Shown piece after piece: positions 20,293 to 31,317 of a DNA stretch of 64,000 nucleotides. A program made the position numbers and the translations under genes. Source of the DNA: an uncultured Planctomycetota bacterium (GTDB lineage: Bacteria > Planctomycetota > Planctomycetia > Isosphaerales > Isosphaeraceae); NCBI GenBank assembly GCA_963845755.1, contig CAWJTV010000011.1, positions 448,001-512,000 on the forward strand, written 5' to 3'. Numbering within the stretch: the first letter of the stretch is position 1; each line of letters starts with the position of its first letter. The notes under the pieces were generated by a model. The model was not told where the DNA came from. It made no database searches and saw nothing but the letters and a program-made list of their open reading frames with translations.

Positions 20293-22150
20293 GTGAGCGC
20301 GTTCATCTCCTCACCTCGTGCCGTTGCAGGTCAAGGCATACGCGGTCTGGTGTTCCTCACGATGCTGGGGTTCGCCGCCTGGCTGGGGCTGGGAGGCTGG
20401 AGGCCCCGCGCCACCGCCCTCGCGCTGGAGCTGGCCGCGACGACTCAACAGGCTCCGGCCGAGCCGGTCGGGCCCGTCGATGACGAGGACCTCTTGAAAG
20501 CCGATTCGAATCAATCGAACTGGCTGCTCTATGGTCGCACGTACGACGGTCACCGCTACAGCCCGCTCAAGCAGATCAACACCGAGAACGTCTCGCGGCT
20601 GATCCCGGTCTGGACGTTCCAGACCGGCGTGCTCGACGGCTTCGAATGCACGCCGCTGGTGATCGACGGCATCATGTACGTAACCACGCCCTGGAACCAC
20701 GCCTACGCGATCGACGCCAAGACCGGCGATCAGCTCTGGCACTATCAGAAGTCGCTGCCCGAGAACCTGGCCCTCTGCTGCGATGCCGTCAACCGGGGCT
20801 TCGCCGCGTCGGGCGAGCGACTCTACATGGCGACCCTCGATGCCCACCTCGTCTGCCTCGACCGCAACACCGGCGCGGAGATCTGGGATATCCCGATCAC
20901 GGTTCCCGGCGCCGACGGCAAGGAGACGGGCGACATCTACAAGATGGCCTACAGCGCGACTCTGGCCCCGCTGGTCATCAAGGGGCAAAGTGATCATCGG
21001 CATCAGCGGCGCGGAATACGGCATCCGCGGCTTCATCGACGCCTACGACGCCCAAGACGGCAAGCGGCTCTGGCGGTTCTACACCGTGCCCGGCGCCGAG
21101 GACAAGTCCGAGCACGCCCAGAAAGCCCTGAAAAGCTGGGAGGGCAATTCCTGGCTCACCGGCGGCGGCTCCGCCTGGGTGACCGGCACGTACGACCCCG
21201 AGCTCAATACCCTTTACTGGGGCATCGGCAACCCCTCGCCCGACTTCAACGGCGAGGTCCGCAAGGGCGATAACCTCTACACCTGCTCCATCCTCGCCCT
21301 CAACCCGGACGACGGCACTTACAAATGGCACTTCCAGAACAGCCCCCACGACGTCTGGGATTATGACGGCGTCAACGAGCCCATGCTGGTCAACATCAAC
21401 CGGGACGGCCAGAAAATCAAGGCACTCGTCCAGGCGCACCGGAACGGGTACTTCTACTGCCTGAACCGGGAGAACGGCCAGTTCCTCTACGGCAAGCCGT
21501 TCTGCGAGGTCACCTGGACCGACCGCACCAAGGGTGCCGACGGCCTCGATCCCAAGACGGGGCGACCGTTCGTCAACCCGGCGGCGCTGCCGACGGCGGC
21601 GGGCGTCCGCGTCTGTCCCGGCGCGGCCGGAGGCAAGGAATGGAACCCAATGGCCTATGATGAAGCCAACGGTCTGGCCTTCGTGTCGGTAATCAACAAC
21701 TGCGCCAAATTTACATCGGGCAAAGCCTTCTTCATCAAGGGCCAGCCGTACTGGGGCAGTTCGCTGACCTTGATCGACAACCAGGCGTCCGGCGCGTTCA
21801 AGGCCATCGACGTGACGACCGGCGCGATCCAGTGGGAGAAGGCCGCGCGGTCGCCGATGGTCGCCGGCGTGCTGGCCACCGGCGGCGGACTGGTCTTCAC
21901 CGGCGATGCCGAGGGTTACTTCACCGCCTATGACTCCAAGACCGGCAAGGACCTCTGGACATTCCAGTGCGGCTCGGGGCACCACTCCGGTCCGATCACG
22001 TATTCCCTGGACAGCCGGCAGTATATTGCGGTCTGCGCCGGCTGGGGCGGCTGGACGGCCGGATTCGCCGGTGACGGTGCCCCCTGGCTCCGCAACGCCC
22101 GGCGCGGGAATACCCTGTTCGTGTTTGCCTTGCCGGAGGACAAGAAATAG
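20293..22150 (+). CDS. PQQ-dependent alcohol dehydrogenase (XoxF/ExaF/PedH-like, lanthanide-type motif); frameshift at ~20983
   Basis: Signal/TM segment, RYSPL.QI, vicinal CCDAVNRG, GAEYGIRG, WGIGNPSP, WDYDGVNE, GGLVFTG; extra G in AAGGGGC. Confidence 0.88.
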
Positions 22151-22255
22151 ATCGACGATACCGCGTTCGTCGCGGGTCTCTGGGCGCCCGAAGGGTCGCC
22201 GCCGGTTGCTGGATCGAGGGTCTCCCATCCAGGGGTTCGTCGCGAAAGGTCTCCC

Positions 22256-24596
22256 ATGATGTCTTCGGTCCGAGCGGGCCTGGTGTCGATCCTCTGTGGT
22301 ACCCTCGGCTTGATCGCGATCGGCGCGTCGGGCGATGAGCCGGATCAAGGCCGCGCCGTCGGACCGGCCCCGAAGTCGTTGATCGTGTGTGCCGTACCGG
22401 CCTCGATGCCGCGGACGGGGAAAGCTCCGGACGGGAAGCCGATGGGCCTGGATACGGCCGTGGCCGAGCGGGTGGGTCGCGTACTGGGCCGGCCGGTTGA
22501 GTTCCACTGGTGCGCCAGCGCCGCCTGTTCCTGGCATTGTCTCCCCGAAGGGCGATGTGACGTCGTCGCCGGTCAGCCGGCCGACTCCGCGCCGCCGCGC
22601 ACGGCAGCCTGGAGCGTACCCTATGCCGGCGCCCAGTTCGGGCTGGTCGTGCCCAGCGACGATCGGGGCATTCGCGCGCTGGCCGACCTCCGCGGCAAGC
22701 GGGTCGGGATCGTGGCCGGCACCGTCGCACTCTCGGAGAAGGATCACGCGATCGTCCGGTTTCGATCGCGCGAGGAGTTGCTCGATCAGTTCGCGCCGAC
22801 AAAACTGGACGCCGCATTCCTCGACGCCGACTTCGCCGCCTGGTACCTGCGCGACCACCCCAAGCTCGCGCTGCGGCTCGTCGCGGAGTATATGCCTCGC
22901 GAGCGCTGGAATATGGCGCTGGCGGTCCGGCCCACGGATGCACAGCTCCTGGTGGACCTCAACCGGGCGCTGGCCCATCTTGCCGAGTCGGGCGAGCTGC
23001 GGAAGATCTACGCCGAGCACGGTGTGCCGTTCCGTCCCCCGTACACAGGGACCGGCCGCCAGAAGGATGTCTCCCCGGACACCTGGCGACGCGTCCGCGA
23101 ACGCGGCGAGCTGGTCGTGAGCATGGACCCCGCCAATCTGCCCTACTCGAGTGCCAAGGACGATCGCCCGGGTTTCGATGTCGAGCTGGCGCGGGCCCTG
23201 GCCGATCGGCTTCACCTCAAGCTCCGGATCGAATGGCTGGACATTCATCACGAAACCCCGGTGGGTGAGCTGATCCAGGACCGTTGCGACCTCGTCTTCG
23301 GCGAGGCCATCGACACCAACGCCGTCGCCGACGACGAGCCGCTGGCCGGCAAGGTCCTCTATTCGCGGCCCTATTATCGGACCGGCTACGTCCTCGTCCG
23401 CCGCAAGGATGGCCCGCGTGCCGGTTCGCTGGCCGAACTCAAGGGAGCGCAGGTCGCAGCGTCTGGGCACCGAGGCCGGCTCGATCGCCGATTACCAGCT
23501 TCGCCAGCGGGGCTATCTGCGCCGCCTCTACCGCAACCAGTTGGCCGTCCTCACGGCGCTGGGCGACGGCGACATCGACTTCGCCTACCTCTGGGCCAAT
23601 GCCGGCTGGACCTTGCACGTCTCGCCGGACCTGAGAGGGAAGCTGGAGATCGTCCCGGGCTTCGAGGCGGTGGACTGCTGGAACATCGCGGTCGCCATGC
23701 GCCGGGGAGACGACGAACTGAAGCGCCAGGTCGACGCGGCACTCGGCGGGCTGATCGCCGACGGTACCATAGCCCGCACCCTGGCCCACTACCACGTGCC
23801 GCACCAGCCGCCCCCCGGAGAGCCCGCGATCGAACACGGAGCGACCAGCCGGGGCCGCGAGCCGGACATGCGGAAGATCCAGACGTCCAAGCATCCGTAT
23901 TCCACAATGGCTCGGATCCACTCGGCGGGCGCACTGGTCGTCGGCCTGGACCAGAACAACCTGCCGTTCTCGACGGCCCACCCCGCGCCCGCGGGCCTCG
24001 ACTACGAGATCGCCGGCCTGCTCGCCGGGCAGCTCGGCGTCTCGCTCCGGGTGTACTGGGCGTATTCCGCGCACGACTCGTATCCGTCGAAGCTGGCGGC
24101 CAAGCAGCTCTGTGACGTGATCCTCGGCATCATGCCCGACGACCGCTTCGCGGAGCGCGTCCTCTACTCGCGGCCGTATCATGTCGCGCGCTACCGGCTG
24201 GCCATTCGATCCGGCGAAAAACCGCCCACGGCCCAGACCCCGCTGGCGGTCGAGGAGGGGATCGCGGTTCGCGGGCTCGCGGGACGCACGGTCCATCGCT
24301 ATCCTAGCACCGAGGTACTCCTGGATGCCGTCGCGACCGGTCGCGAGCCCGCGGGCTACGTCATCGCGACCCGCGGGCCCTGGCTGGCCCACCAACGCTG
24401 GCCGGGTAGGCTGGAATTCCTCCCCGCACCCGATTCGCCCGACGCGTTCCCCATCACCGCGGCGGTCCGCAAGTCGGATCGCGAGCTGAAGGACGCCATC
24501 GACCGAGCCTGGGACGAGCTGGATCGTACGGGGCGGTTGGCCAAGGTGTTTGCGCGCTGGCACGTGCCCTACGAGCGGCCGGCGGGTGGCGAGTGA
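22256..24596 (+). CDS. XoxJ/MxaJ-like periplasmic binding protein with three tandem SBP family 3 domains; frameshift at ~23452
   Basis: Three units of the pattern LVV..D..NLP(Y/F)S...G(F/L)D.E.A...W...CD...G...S.PY; signal peptide. Confidence 0.75.
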
Positions 24597-24626
24597 CGGC
24601 GGGAAATCGAGGAAAGAGTCATCGTC

Positions 24627-25484
24627 GTGAAACGATCTGCACCCAGGCAGGCGGGACATCCCTGGTCCGCGGTAGGAGCCAGCTTGCTGCTCGGGGCCGG
24701 GATGTTCGCCCTCGCCGGCACCGGTCAGATTCCCGGAGCGGCCCAGCCGACGGGCGCCGTCGCCCCGACAACCCCCGACCCGGCAGCATTGGCGGAGGGT
24801 CAAGCGCTCTTCCGTGGCCTGTGCAGCGGCTGCCACGGCGGCGCCGGCCGTGGCGGCAAGGGGCCCGACCTGACCGATGACAAGTGGCTCCATGGCGGCA
24901 GCGACGCCGAGATTGTCCGCACGATCCAGAACGGCGTGCCCAATACCACCATGAAGAAGCTCGGCGACGCGCTCAAGCCGGACCAGATCCACAAGGTGAT
25001 CCTCTACATCCGCAGCCTGGCCCGTTCGCCTTCGGAGTCCACCTGGAAGCCGTACCTCTCCGGCGATCCGAAGGCGGGCCGGAAGCTCTTCTTCGACCTC
25101 CAGGGGAAGGCCCAGTGTGCCCGGTGCCATGTCATCGGCGGCGAGGGCGGACGCATCGGGCCAGGACTCGACCGCATCGCCGGCCGGCGCGCCCCCGAGT
25201 ACATCATGGAATCGATCCTCGAGCCCTCCAAGGACATCGCCCCGGAGTACGAGGCCGTCGCCGTGGCCACAAAGGAGGGCCGCGTCATCACTGGAATCCG
25301 GATCAACGAGACGAACTTCGGCATCCAGCTTCGCGAGGAGAACGGCCGGTTCCACTCGCTTCGCAAACGCGACCTCGACGAAGTCCAGGTCATGAAGAAG
25401 TCGCTGATGCCTGAGAACCTCGCCGAGTTGCTGACCGTCAAGGAGCTGCATGATCTGTTCGCCTATCTGATGACATTGGAATAG
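24627..25484 (+). CDS. Di-heme cytochrome c (class I domain plus planctomycete-type putative heme-binding domain)
   Basis: CSGCH...GPDLTD...M; then GD.KAG.KLF...CARCH...GG.IGP.L...ESILEPS...SLMP. Confidence 0.85.
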   Translation: MKRSAPRQAGHPWSAVGASLLLGAGMFALAGTGQIPGAAQPTGAVAPTTPDPAALAEGQALFRGLCSGCHGGAGRGGKGPDLTDDKWLHGGSDAEIVRTIQNGVPNTTMKKLGDALKPDQIHKVILYIRSLARSPSESTWKPYLSGDPKAGRKLFFDLQGKAQCARCHVIGGEGGRIGPGLDRIAGRRAPEYIMESILEPSKDIAPEYEAVAVATKEGRVITGIRINETNFGIQLREENGRFHSLRKRDLDEVQVMKKSLMPENLAELLTVKELHDLFAYLMTLE

Positions 25485-25493
25485 GCCCATTTC

Positions 25494-25898
25494 TCATGCC
25501 GGCTGGGTGGAGACCTGGCGCCAGACGGCCAGCCAACGGTTATCCCGCTTCTCAAGGACAAAGACGTCGCGGCCGGTCTCCCTATTGACCTTGCCCTCGA
25601 TCGTGTACTCGATCTCGAAGGGATAACTCACCACAGCTACTGTCTCGTAGACGTCAACTTGCGGGTCCGATTCCCGGTAAGACGCCACGGATGCGTACTC
25701 GCAGAAACCTCGATAACTGGCCACACACTTCTCCTTCCCTTCCACGAATCGTCGGCCGTCGGGGCCGATGATGACCATGCGGTCGTGGAACAGTTCGGAG
25801 AGCTGTTCCGGTTGTCCCTCGCGCCAGGCGGCGTTGATCCGTCGCACAACATCCCAGGCTTCCTTCTGGGCCGCGGTCTTCAGGTCATCCATCGCCAT
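25494..25898 (-). CDS. NTF2/SnoaL-like (DUF4440) protein
   Basis: INAAW..G...L..LFH...G...GRDVFVL....W..VW. Confidence 0.75.
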   Translation of the reverse strand: MAMDDLKTAAQKEAWDVVRRINAAWREGQPEQLSELFHDRMVIIGPDGRRFVEGKEKCVASYRGFCEYASVASYRESDPQVDVYETVAVVSYPFEIEYTIEGKVNRETGRDVFVLEKRDNRWLAVWRQVSTQPA

Positions 25899-25948
25899 TG
25901 CTCCTCCAAGTCAACAAGGACACGTGGTGAGTCCGGCCGGCTCCTGGC

Positions 25949-27224
25949 CTACTGCCTCGGCCCGCGCAGATTCGCTTCGAACTCGATCGCCTGTCCCGGC
26001 ACGAGGCGGTCGCATGCGATGGTGAGCTTCGGCGCGGTGCCGCCGGCCGGGATCTCGTCCGTCCGGGATTCACCGGGGAACAGTCCCTTGAGCGACCGCT
26101 CGGCGCGGACGCCGTCGACCGCGAGATAGGCGTCGTGATAGATCGGGGCGACGCCCGAGTTGGTGACGGTGACGCGCGACCGCGACGCACCGGCCTCGAA
26201 CTTCAGGATGCGGAACTTGTAGCCGCAGGCCAGCCCCGCCTCGCGGATGCGGTCCAGCTTCTGATACTTCGGCTGGTCGTTGGCGATCATGAAGGTGATG
26301 TGGAAGTCCGCCGCGGCCTTCTCGAAGGGGATGCCGTGCGGGCCGTCGGCCGCCAGCGCCTGCTTCTGATCGCGAGTCGTGTAGTAACTGATCTCGCCAC
26401 CGGCCGGCGCGCGCCTCCACCGATCGCGCCCCAGGACATTCCAGTTCGGCTCGTTCTCCTCCGCATGTTGCTGGCACAGGAACGAATCATCGAAGACGCC
26501 GAATGGGATCTTCAGGAGTTCCGGATTCGTGGCGAACGGCGCCCGCGACGCGGCGGCCGCGTCAACCGAGATCATCCAGGGCGTCTTCCGGAAGACCCGG
26601 CCCAGGTGGCGGGCGAAGGCAGACTGGAACGACTTGTCCGGAAAAGTCTTTCCCAGCATCATCGGCCCGCTGTAGATGTGATACTCGGCCCAGAGTCCAA
26701 ACCCCGTCTCGACGAAGGCCAGTCGGGGATCGTTGTCGTACCGCGCCGCCAGCTTCTCGTAGAACTCGAGCGTGAATTCCTGGAGTCCCCGGTGCGACCA
26801 GTCCGGAAAGGTGGTCGGCTTCTCCTCGCTCCGACCGCGCGTCTCGTGATAGTCGGGGAGGGCCTTGATGTAGCCGGGGACCGTCGTCGGATTCCCGGGG
26901 TAGACGAAGTAGAACCGCACGATGGCCTGGTGCCTCCGCGGCGACCCGCTCCAGCAGCCGGTCCATCACGCTCCAGTCATATTGGCCGCGCTCGGTCACG
27001 ATGTCGCCGTATTTCATGTAACGGTACTCGAGCTGGATCGAGGCCGTGCGGTTGTGCTCCGACGTGCTCCAGAACACGAGCCCCGTCATCGGCTGTACGT
27101 GGGTGATCCGGCTGATCAGTGGCACGGGTGCGAACCGTTCCTGGGCCCGGCAGTCCCGCGAGATGAACAGGCTGGCGAGGAACAGGATCGACGCAGGAAT
27201 GGCGATGGTGTTGATACGTCTCAT
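25949..27224 (-). CDS. Secreted DUF4832-type (glycoside-hydrolase-like TIM barrel) protein; frameshift at ~26935
   Basis: Signal peptide, QPMTGLVFW, YDWS, RYDNDPRLAFVETGFGLWAEYH, GGE, GYKF, N.GVAPIY. Confidence 0.65.
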
Positions 27225-27401
27225 CGTGTTATCCATCCGAGTGTGAAGTCGCGTTAAGACGCCGCGATGGGGCCTTTCGCTCCTGTTCGACAGCCGACGA
27301 GGCTGATAGAATCCAGTTCGACCCAGGGGGAATTCCCGCCGGATTGTACCCTGGCTGTCCGGCTGGGGCCGAGACCACCGTTTTTCCGATTGAGTCGCAC
27401 C

Positions 27402-28169
27402 ATGAGCAGCGTCTTCTTGATTCCGATGGGTGTGGGCGAGGCATTCTCGGCCCGGCACTACACTTCGTGCCTGGCGCTGGGGATCGACGACCATTGGCTG
27501 TTGATCGATTGCCCGCATCCAGTGCGGAAGATGCTGCGCGAGGGGTCGATGACGGCCGGTCTCTCGACACCGCTGGACCTCGACCGGATCGACGCCGCCG
27601 TGGTCACCCACCTGCACGCCGATCACTCCTGCGGCCTGGAGGACTTCGGTTATTTTACCTGGCTTGCGATGGGCCGGCGGGCGAAGCTGCTGATGCATCC
27701 CGCGGCCTCGGACCGCCTCTGGGATGGCTTGCTGGGCGCCGGGATGGAGCATTCCCAGGTGAACCCCGATGCGCCGCCGATCCGGAAGCAACTGGCTGAT
27801 TTCTTCGAGCTGATCGACCTGGACGCGTCGCGACCGGTAACGTGCGGGCCGTTCGCGATCGAGTGCCGCCGGACCATCCACAGCGTGCCGACCTTTGCCA
27901 TGCGAATCGCGGCCGGAGGGCGCGTGCTCGGCTTCAGCGCCGATACGGCTTATGACCCGGGACTGATCGAATGGCTCTCCGCCGCCGACCTGATCGTCCA
28001 TGAGGCGACGACGCTCTCCCAATCCCCCGTGCACACCCCTTATGAGAAGCTGGCCGCGCTGCCGGGATCGCTCCGCGCGAAGATGCGGATCACCCATCTC
28101 CCCGACGATTTCGACGCGGATTCCAGCGCGATCGAAGTCCTCCGCGAGGGACGAATATACGAAGTTTGA
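27402..28169 (+). CDS. Metallo-beta-lactamase-fold hydrolase (RNase Z-like)
   Basis: LLIDC, THLHADH, HSVP, FSADT, HEAT, HT, TH motifs. Confidence 0.88.
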   Translation: MSSVFLIPMGVGEAFSARHYTSCLALGIDDHWLLIDCPHPVRKMLREGSMTAGLSTPLDLDRIDAAVVTHLHADHSCGLEDFGYFTWLAMGRRAKLLMHPAASDRLWDGLLGAGMEHSQVNPDAPPIRKQLADFFELIDLDASRPVTCGPFAIECRRTIHSVPTFAMRIAAGGRVLGFSADTAYDPGLIEWLSAADLIVHEATTLSQSPVHTPYEKLAALPGSLRAKMRITHLPDDFDADSSAIEVLREGRIYEV

Positions 28170-28216
28170 CTCAAAGGGGATCACCACGACGATCAATCTC
28201 CAAAGGAACTCGTATC

Positions 28217-28936
28217 ATGGGCCTGGATACCGTCGAGCTTGTCATGACCGTCGAAGAAGCCTTTGACATCACCATCCCCGACGCGGATGCCGAGCGGATC
28301 CTCACGGTGGAGAACTTGTATCATTACATCCTGTTCACGTTGCGAGGAGAGGACCAGGAAACGGGGCACTGTCTCAGCGCCGCGACGTACTACCGATTGC
28401 GGCGCGCCGTGATGCGGAGTTTCCGCATCCCTCGACGCACGGTTCGACCCGACAGCCCGATGGAGAGTCTCATCCCGGTGCACGATCGAAAATCGGAGTG
28501 GAAGCGGCTGGGCGAGAGCCTCGGCTGGGAGCTGCCGGGGCTGGTCCGGCCCGGCTGGGTCGCGTACGCGTTCATCGGACTCCTCGTCGTCTGGTTGGGA
28601 ATCGTGTGGCTCGCCTGGGCCCGGCTAGCGGATTCCGACATCGGTGCTATCCTTCCCATGGGCGTCGGTTTCGTCATCGGCGCCGTGCTATGGGGTTTCG
28701 TGGTCCTCGAGCTCACGAAGCCGTTCGCCGTCCACGTCCAGCCGGCCACGGTGAGGGACATGGTTCCACTGATCCTGAGGACGAATTTCGGGAGGATCAG
28801 CGGCGACGATCCCCCAGGCTGGAACCGAGGCGACGTCTGGGGAGTCCTCAAGGCCATCGTCGCCGAGCAAGCGGGCGTATCCGCCGAGCGGATCACCGAA
28901 TCGACCAGATTCGTGGACGACCTGGGGATGGATTGA
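28217..28936 (+). CDS. Membrane protein flanked by circularly permuted acyl-carrier-protein halves
   Basis: N-terminus [31 protein letters not shown] matches the ACP C-half; C-terminus [11 protein letters not shown]...[14 protein letters not shown] matches the ACP N-half; two hydrophobic helices lie between. Confidence 0.8.
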   Translation: MGLDTVELVMTVEEAFDITIPDADAERILTVENLYHYILFTLRGEDQETGHCLSAATYYRLRRAVMRSFRIPRRTVRPDSPMESLIPVHDRKSEWKRLGESLGWELPGLVRPGWVAYAFIGLLVVWLGIVWLAWARLADSDIGAILPMGVGFVIGAVLWGFVVLELTKPFAVHVQPATVRDMVPLILRTNFGRISGDDPPGWNRGDVWGVLKAIVAEQAGVSAERITESTRFVDDLGMD

Positions 28937-29019
28937 GCGATGTCGCCCCGGATCTGCGCAGGACGCCCACGACAGATCGATAGATATGGGTCTACATGGG
29001 ATTTTAATTTATATATCCG

Positions 29020-30831
29020 ATGGGAATCATAATGAATGGAAATATCGACATGCACATGGTCGTGACGCTGGCCGTGCTGGCCGGGTTGCTCTATGGGCTG
29101 GTGAAGGACAAGCCCGCCGACGTGCTGTTCGTGGGGGCGGTGGTGTTCCTGGCGGCGTTCGGGGTAATCGGGCCAGAGGAGGCATTCGCCGGGTTCGCCA
29201 ACTCGGGGATGCTGATCGTGGCCGCGTTGTTCGTCGTGGCAGCGGGGCTGCGCGAGACGGGCGTGATGGAATACGTCGGCGACCGGTTCCTGGGCAAGGT
29301 CGAGACCGAGGGCACGGCCTTGCTCCTGATGGCGATCGTGCTGATCCCGTCGGCCATGGTGCTGAACAATACGCCGAAGGTGGCGCTCTTGGTCCCGGTG
29401 CTGATCACCTGGTGCCGCAAGCGCCGGATCTCCCCGTCGCGGCTCCTGATGCCGCTGTCGTTCCTGTCGATCCTGGGAGGCACCTGCTCGCTGATCGGCA
29501 CGAGCACGAACCTGGTCGTCCAGGGGCTCCTGATCAAGAGCCATCTTCGACCGATGGGATTCTTCGAGATCGGGGCGGTGGGCCTGCCGTGCGCACTGCT
29601 CGGTGCCATCTATCTCCTGACCCTGGGCCGTAAACTCCTGCCGGACCGCAAGGACCTGATCGAGCAGCTCGAGGAGACCCGTCGGGAGTACCTGGTCGAG
29701 ATGATGGTGCAGCCGGGATGTCGACTGGTGGGCAAGACGATCGCGGATGCGGGCCTGCGGCACCTGCCGGGCCTGTTCCTGATCGAGATCGACCGCGACG
29801 GGGATGTCATCGGACCGGCCGGGCCGGAGGAGGTGGTCCAGGCCAACGACCGGCTGGTCTTCACCGGGGTCGTGGGCACGATCGTCAACCTGGAGAAGAT
29901 CCCCGGCCTGGTGCCGGCAGTCGATGCCCGATATGAGGTCTCGCCGGTCGAGCAGCGCGGCCGTCAGCTCTGCGAGGCGGTCATCAGCCCGAGCTCGCCC
30001 CTGCTCGGCAAGGCGGTGCGCGACGCCGACTTCCGCGCCCTGTATGATGCGGCGATCGTGGCGGTACACCGCAACGGGTCGCGGCTGACCAACAAGGTCG
30101 GCGACATCCGCCTGCACGCCGGCGACACGCTGCTCCTGCAAGTGGGCCCGGATTTCACCCGGGCCTTCCGGAACAACCCGGACTTCTATCTGGTCAGCGA
30201 CGTCGAGGACTCGCGTCCGATCCGCTATGACCGGGCCTGGCTCGCCGCGGGCATCTTCCTGATCATGATCACGGCGTTCGTCAGCGGTCGGGCGAACATC
30301 ATGCTGGCGGCCTTCCTGGCCGCCGGGGCGATGATCGCCGCCCGCTGCATCTCGCCCGCCGATGCGCGGCGGTCGGTCGACCTGCCTGTCTTGATCGCGA
30401 TCGCCGCATCGTTCGGCGTCGGCAAGGCGCTCGAGCAGTCCGGCGTGGCCAGGCTGTTCGCCGGGATGCTCGTGGAGGCCACACAGGCTTGGGGACCCAC
30501 GGCGACCCTGGCGGCGATCTACTTCGGCACCATGGTCCTCAACGAGCTGATCAGCAACAATGCGGCGGCGGCGCTGTCGTTCCCGTTCTGCCTCGAGTCG
30601 GCCAAGCTGATGGGCGTCAGCGAGCGTCCATTCATCATGGCCGTGACCCTGGCCGCCTCGTACGCGTTCGCCTCGCCGATCGGCTATCAGACCCACATGA
30701 TGGTCTTCGGGCCCGGCGGCTATCGCTTCACCGACTTCATGCGCGTCGGCATCCCCCTGAACCTCCTCATGTGCATCGTCGCCGTGGTGCTCATTCCCTG
30801 GATCTGGCCGTTTCATGTGTCGGTCCCATAA
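29020..30831 (+). CDS. SLC13/CitMHS-type permease with two TrkA-C (RCK-C) domains
   Basis: NNTP, GGTCSLIGTSTNL, SNNAAA, PIGYQTHMMVFGPGGYRF.DF; cytoplasmic TrkA-C repeats. Confidence 0.92.
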   Translation: MGIIMNGNIDMHMVVTLAVLAGLLYGLVKDKPADVLFVGAVVFLAAFGVIGPEEAFAGFANSGMLIVAALFVVAAGLRETGVMEYVGDRFLGKVETEGTALLLMAIVLIPSAMVLNNTPKVALLVPVLITWCRKRRISPSRLLMPLSFLSILGGTCSLIGTSTNLVVQGLLIKSHLRPMGFFEIGAVGLPCALLGAIYLLTLGRKLLPDRKDLIEQLEETRREYLVEMMVQPGCRLVGKTIADAGLRHLPGLFLIEIDRDGDVIGPAGPEEVVQANDRLVFTGVVGTIVNLEKIPGLVPAVDARYEVSPVEQRGRQLCEAVISPSSPLLGKAVRDADFRALYDAAIVAVHRNGSRLTNKVGDIRLHAGDTLLLQVGPDFTRAFRNNPDFYLVSDVEDSRPIRYDRAWLAAGIFLIMITAFVSGRANIMLAAFLAAGAMIAARCISPADARRSVDLPVLIAIAASFGVGKALEQSGVARLFAGMLVEATQAWGPTATLAAIYFGTMVLNELISNNAAAALSFPFCLESAKLMGVSERPFIMAVTLAASYAFASPIGYQTHMMVFGPGGYRFTDFMRVGIPLNLLMCIVAVVLIPWIWPFHVSVP

Positions 30832-30861
30832 GATCACTTTACCTGATATCAGGCGACAACC

Positions 30862-31317
30862 ATGCGCCGACTCCATCTTGCCGTGGGACTGATTGCACTG
30901 GGGGCGTTCCTCGCCAGCGGCTTTTATCTCCGCTGGGGCCCCGATCAGGTGCCGACGCTCGACGACGCAACGCGCCTGTTGTTTCGCTCGTCCCATATCT
31001 ACCTGCTGTTCTCCGCACTGTTGAATGTGGTGCTCGGGTTGTATAGCGAGCCGGCTCCGGGTGGTTGGCGGTTGTGGCTGCGTCGGGCGGGATCTCTGCT
31101 GGTGCTGGTGGCTCCCGTGCTCCTGGGGATGGCGTTCCTCCGCGAGCCCTGGCTGACGGGCCTGGCCCGGCCGTACGCGAAGACCGCGGTCGTCGGCAGC
31201 GTCGTCGGGGTGCTCTGCCACCTGGCGAGCCAGACGCGCGCCGGTCCTCGGCCGTCAACGTCGAGTCCTACGCTCGTCGCTCCTGCAGGAGGGGACCCCG
31301 AGCATGACGTCGGCTAG
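30862..31317 (+). CDS. Hypothetical membrane protein (~4 TM)
   Basis: Hydrophobic helices; H..VGL and RSSHIY.L motifs. Confidence 0.65.
   Translation: MRRLHLAVGLIALGAFLASGFYLRWGPDQVPTLDDATRLLFRSSHIYLLFSALLNVVLGLYSEPAPGGWRLWLRRAGSLLVLVAPVLLGMAFLREPWLTGLARPYAKTAVVGSVVGVLCHLASQTRAGPRPSTSSPTLVAPAGGDPEHDVG

Noticed and set aside
20978..31221. Very long antisense ORFs (e.g. 20978-23470, 23439-25490, 28390-31221; also 60964-63270 and 55496-57676)
   Set aside because: Shadow ORFs opposite well-supported genes, expected in high-GC DNA; no recognisable motifs.
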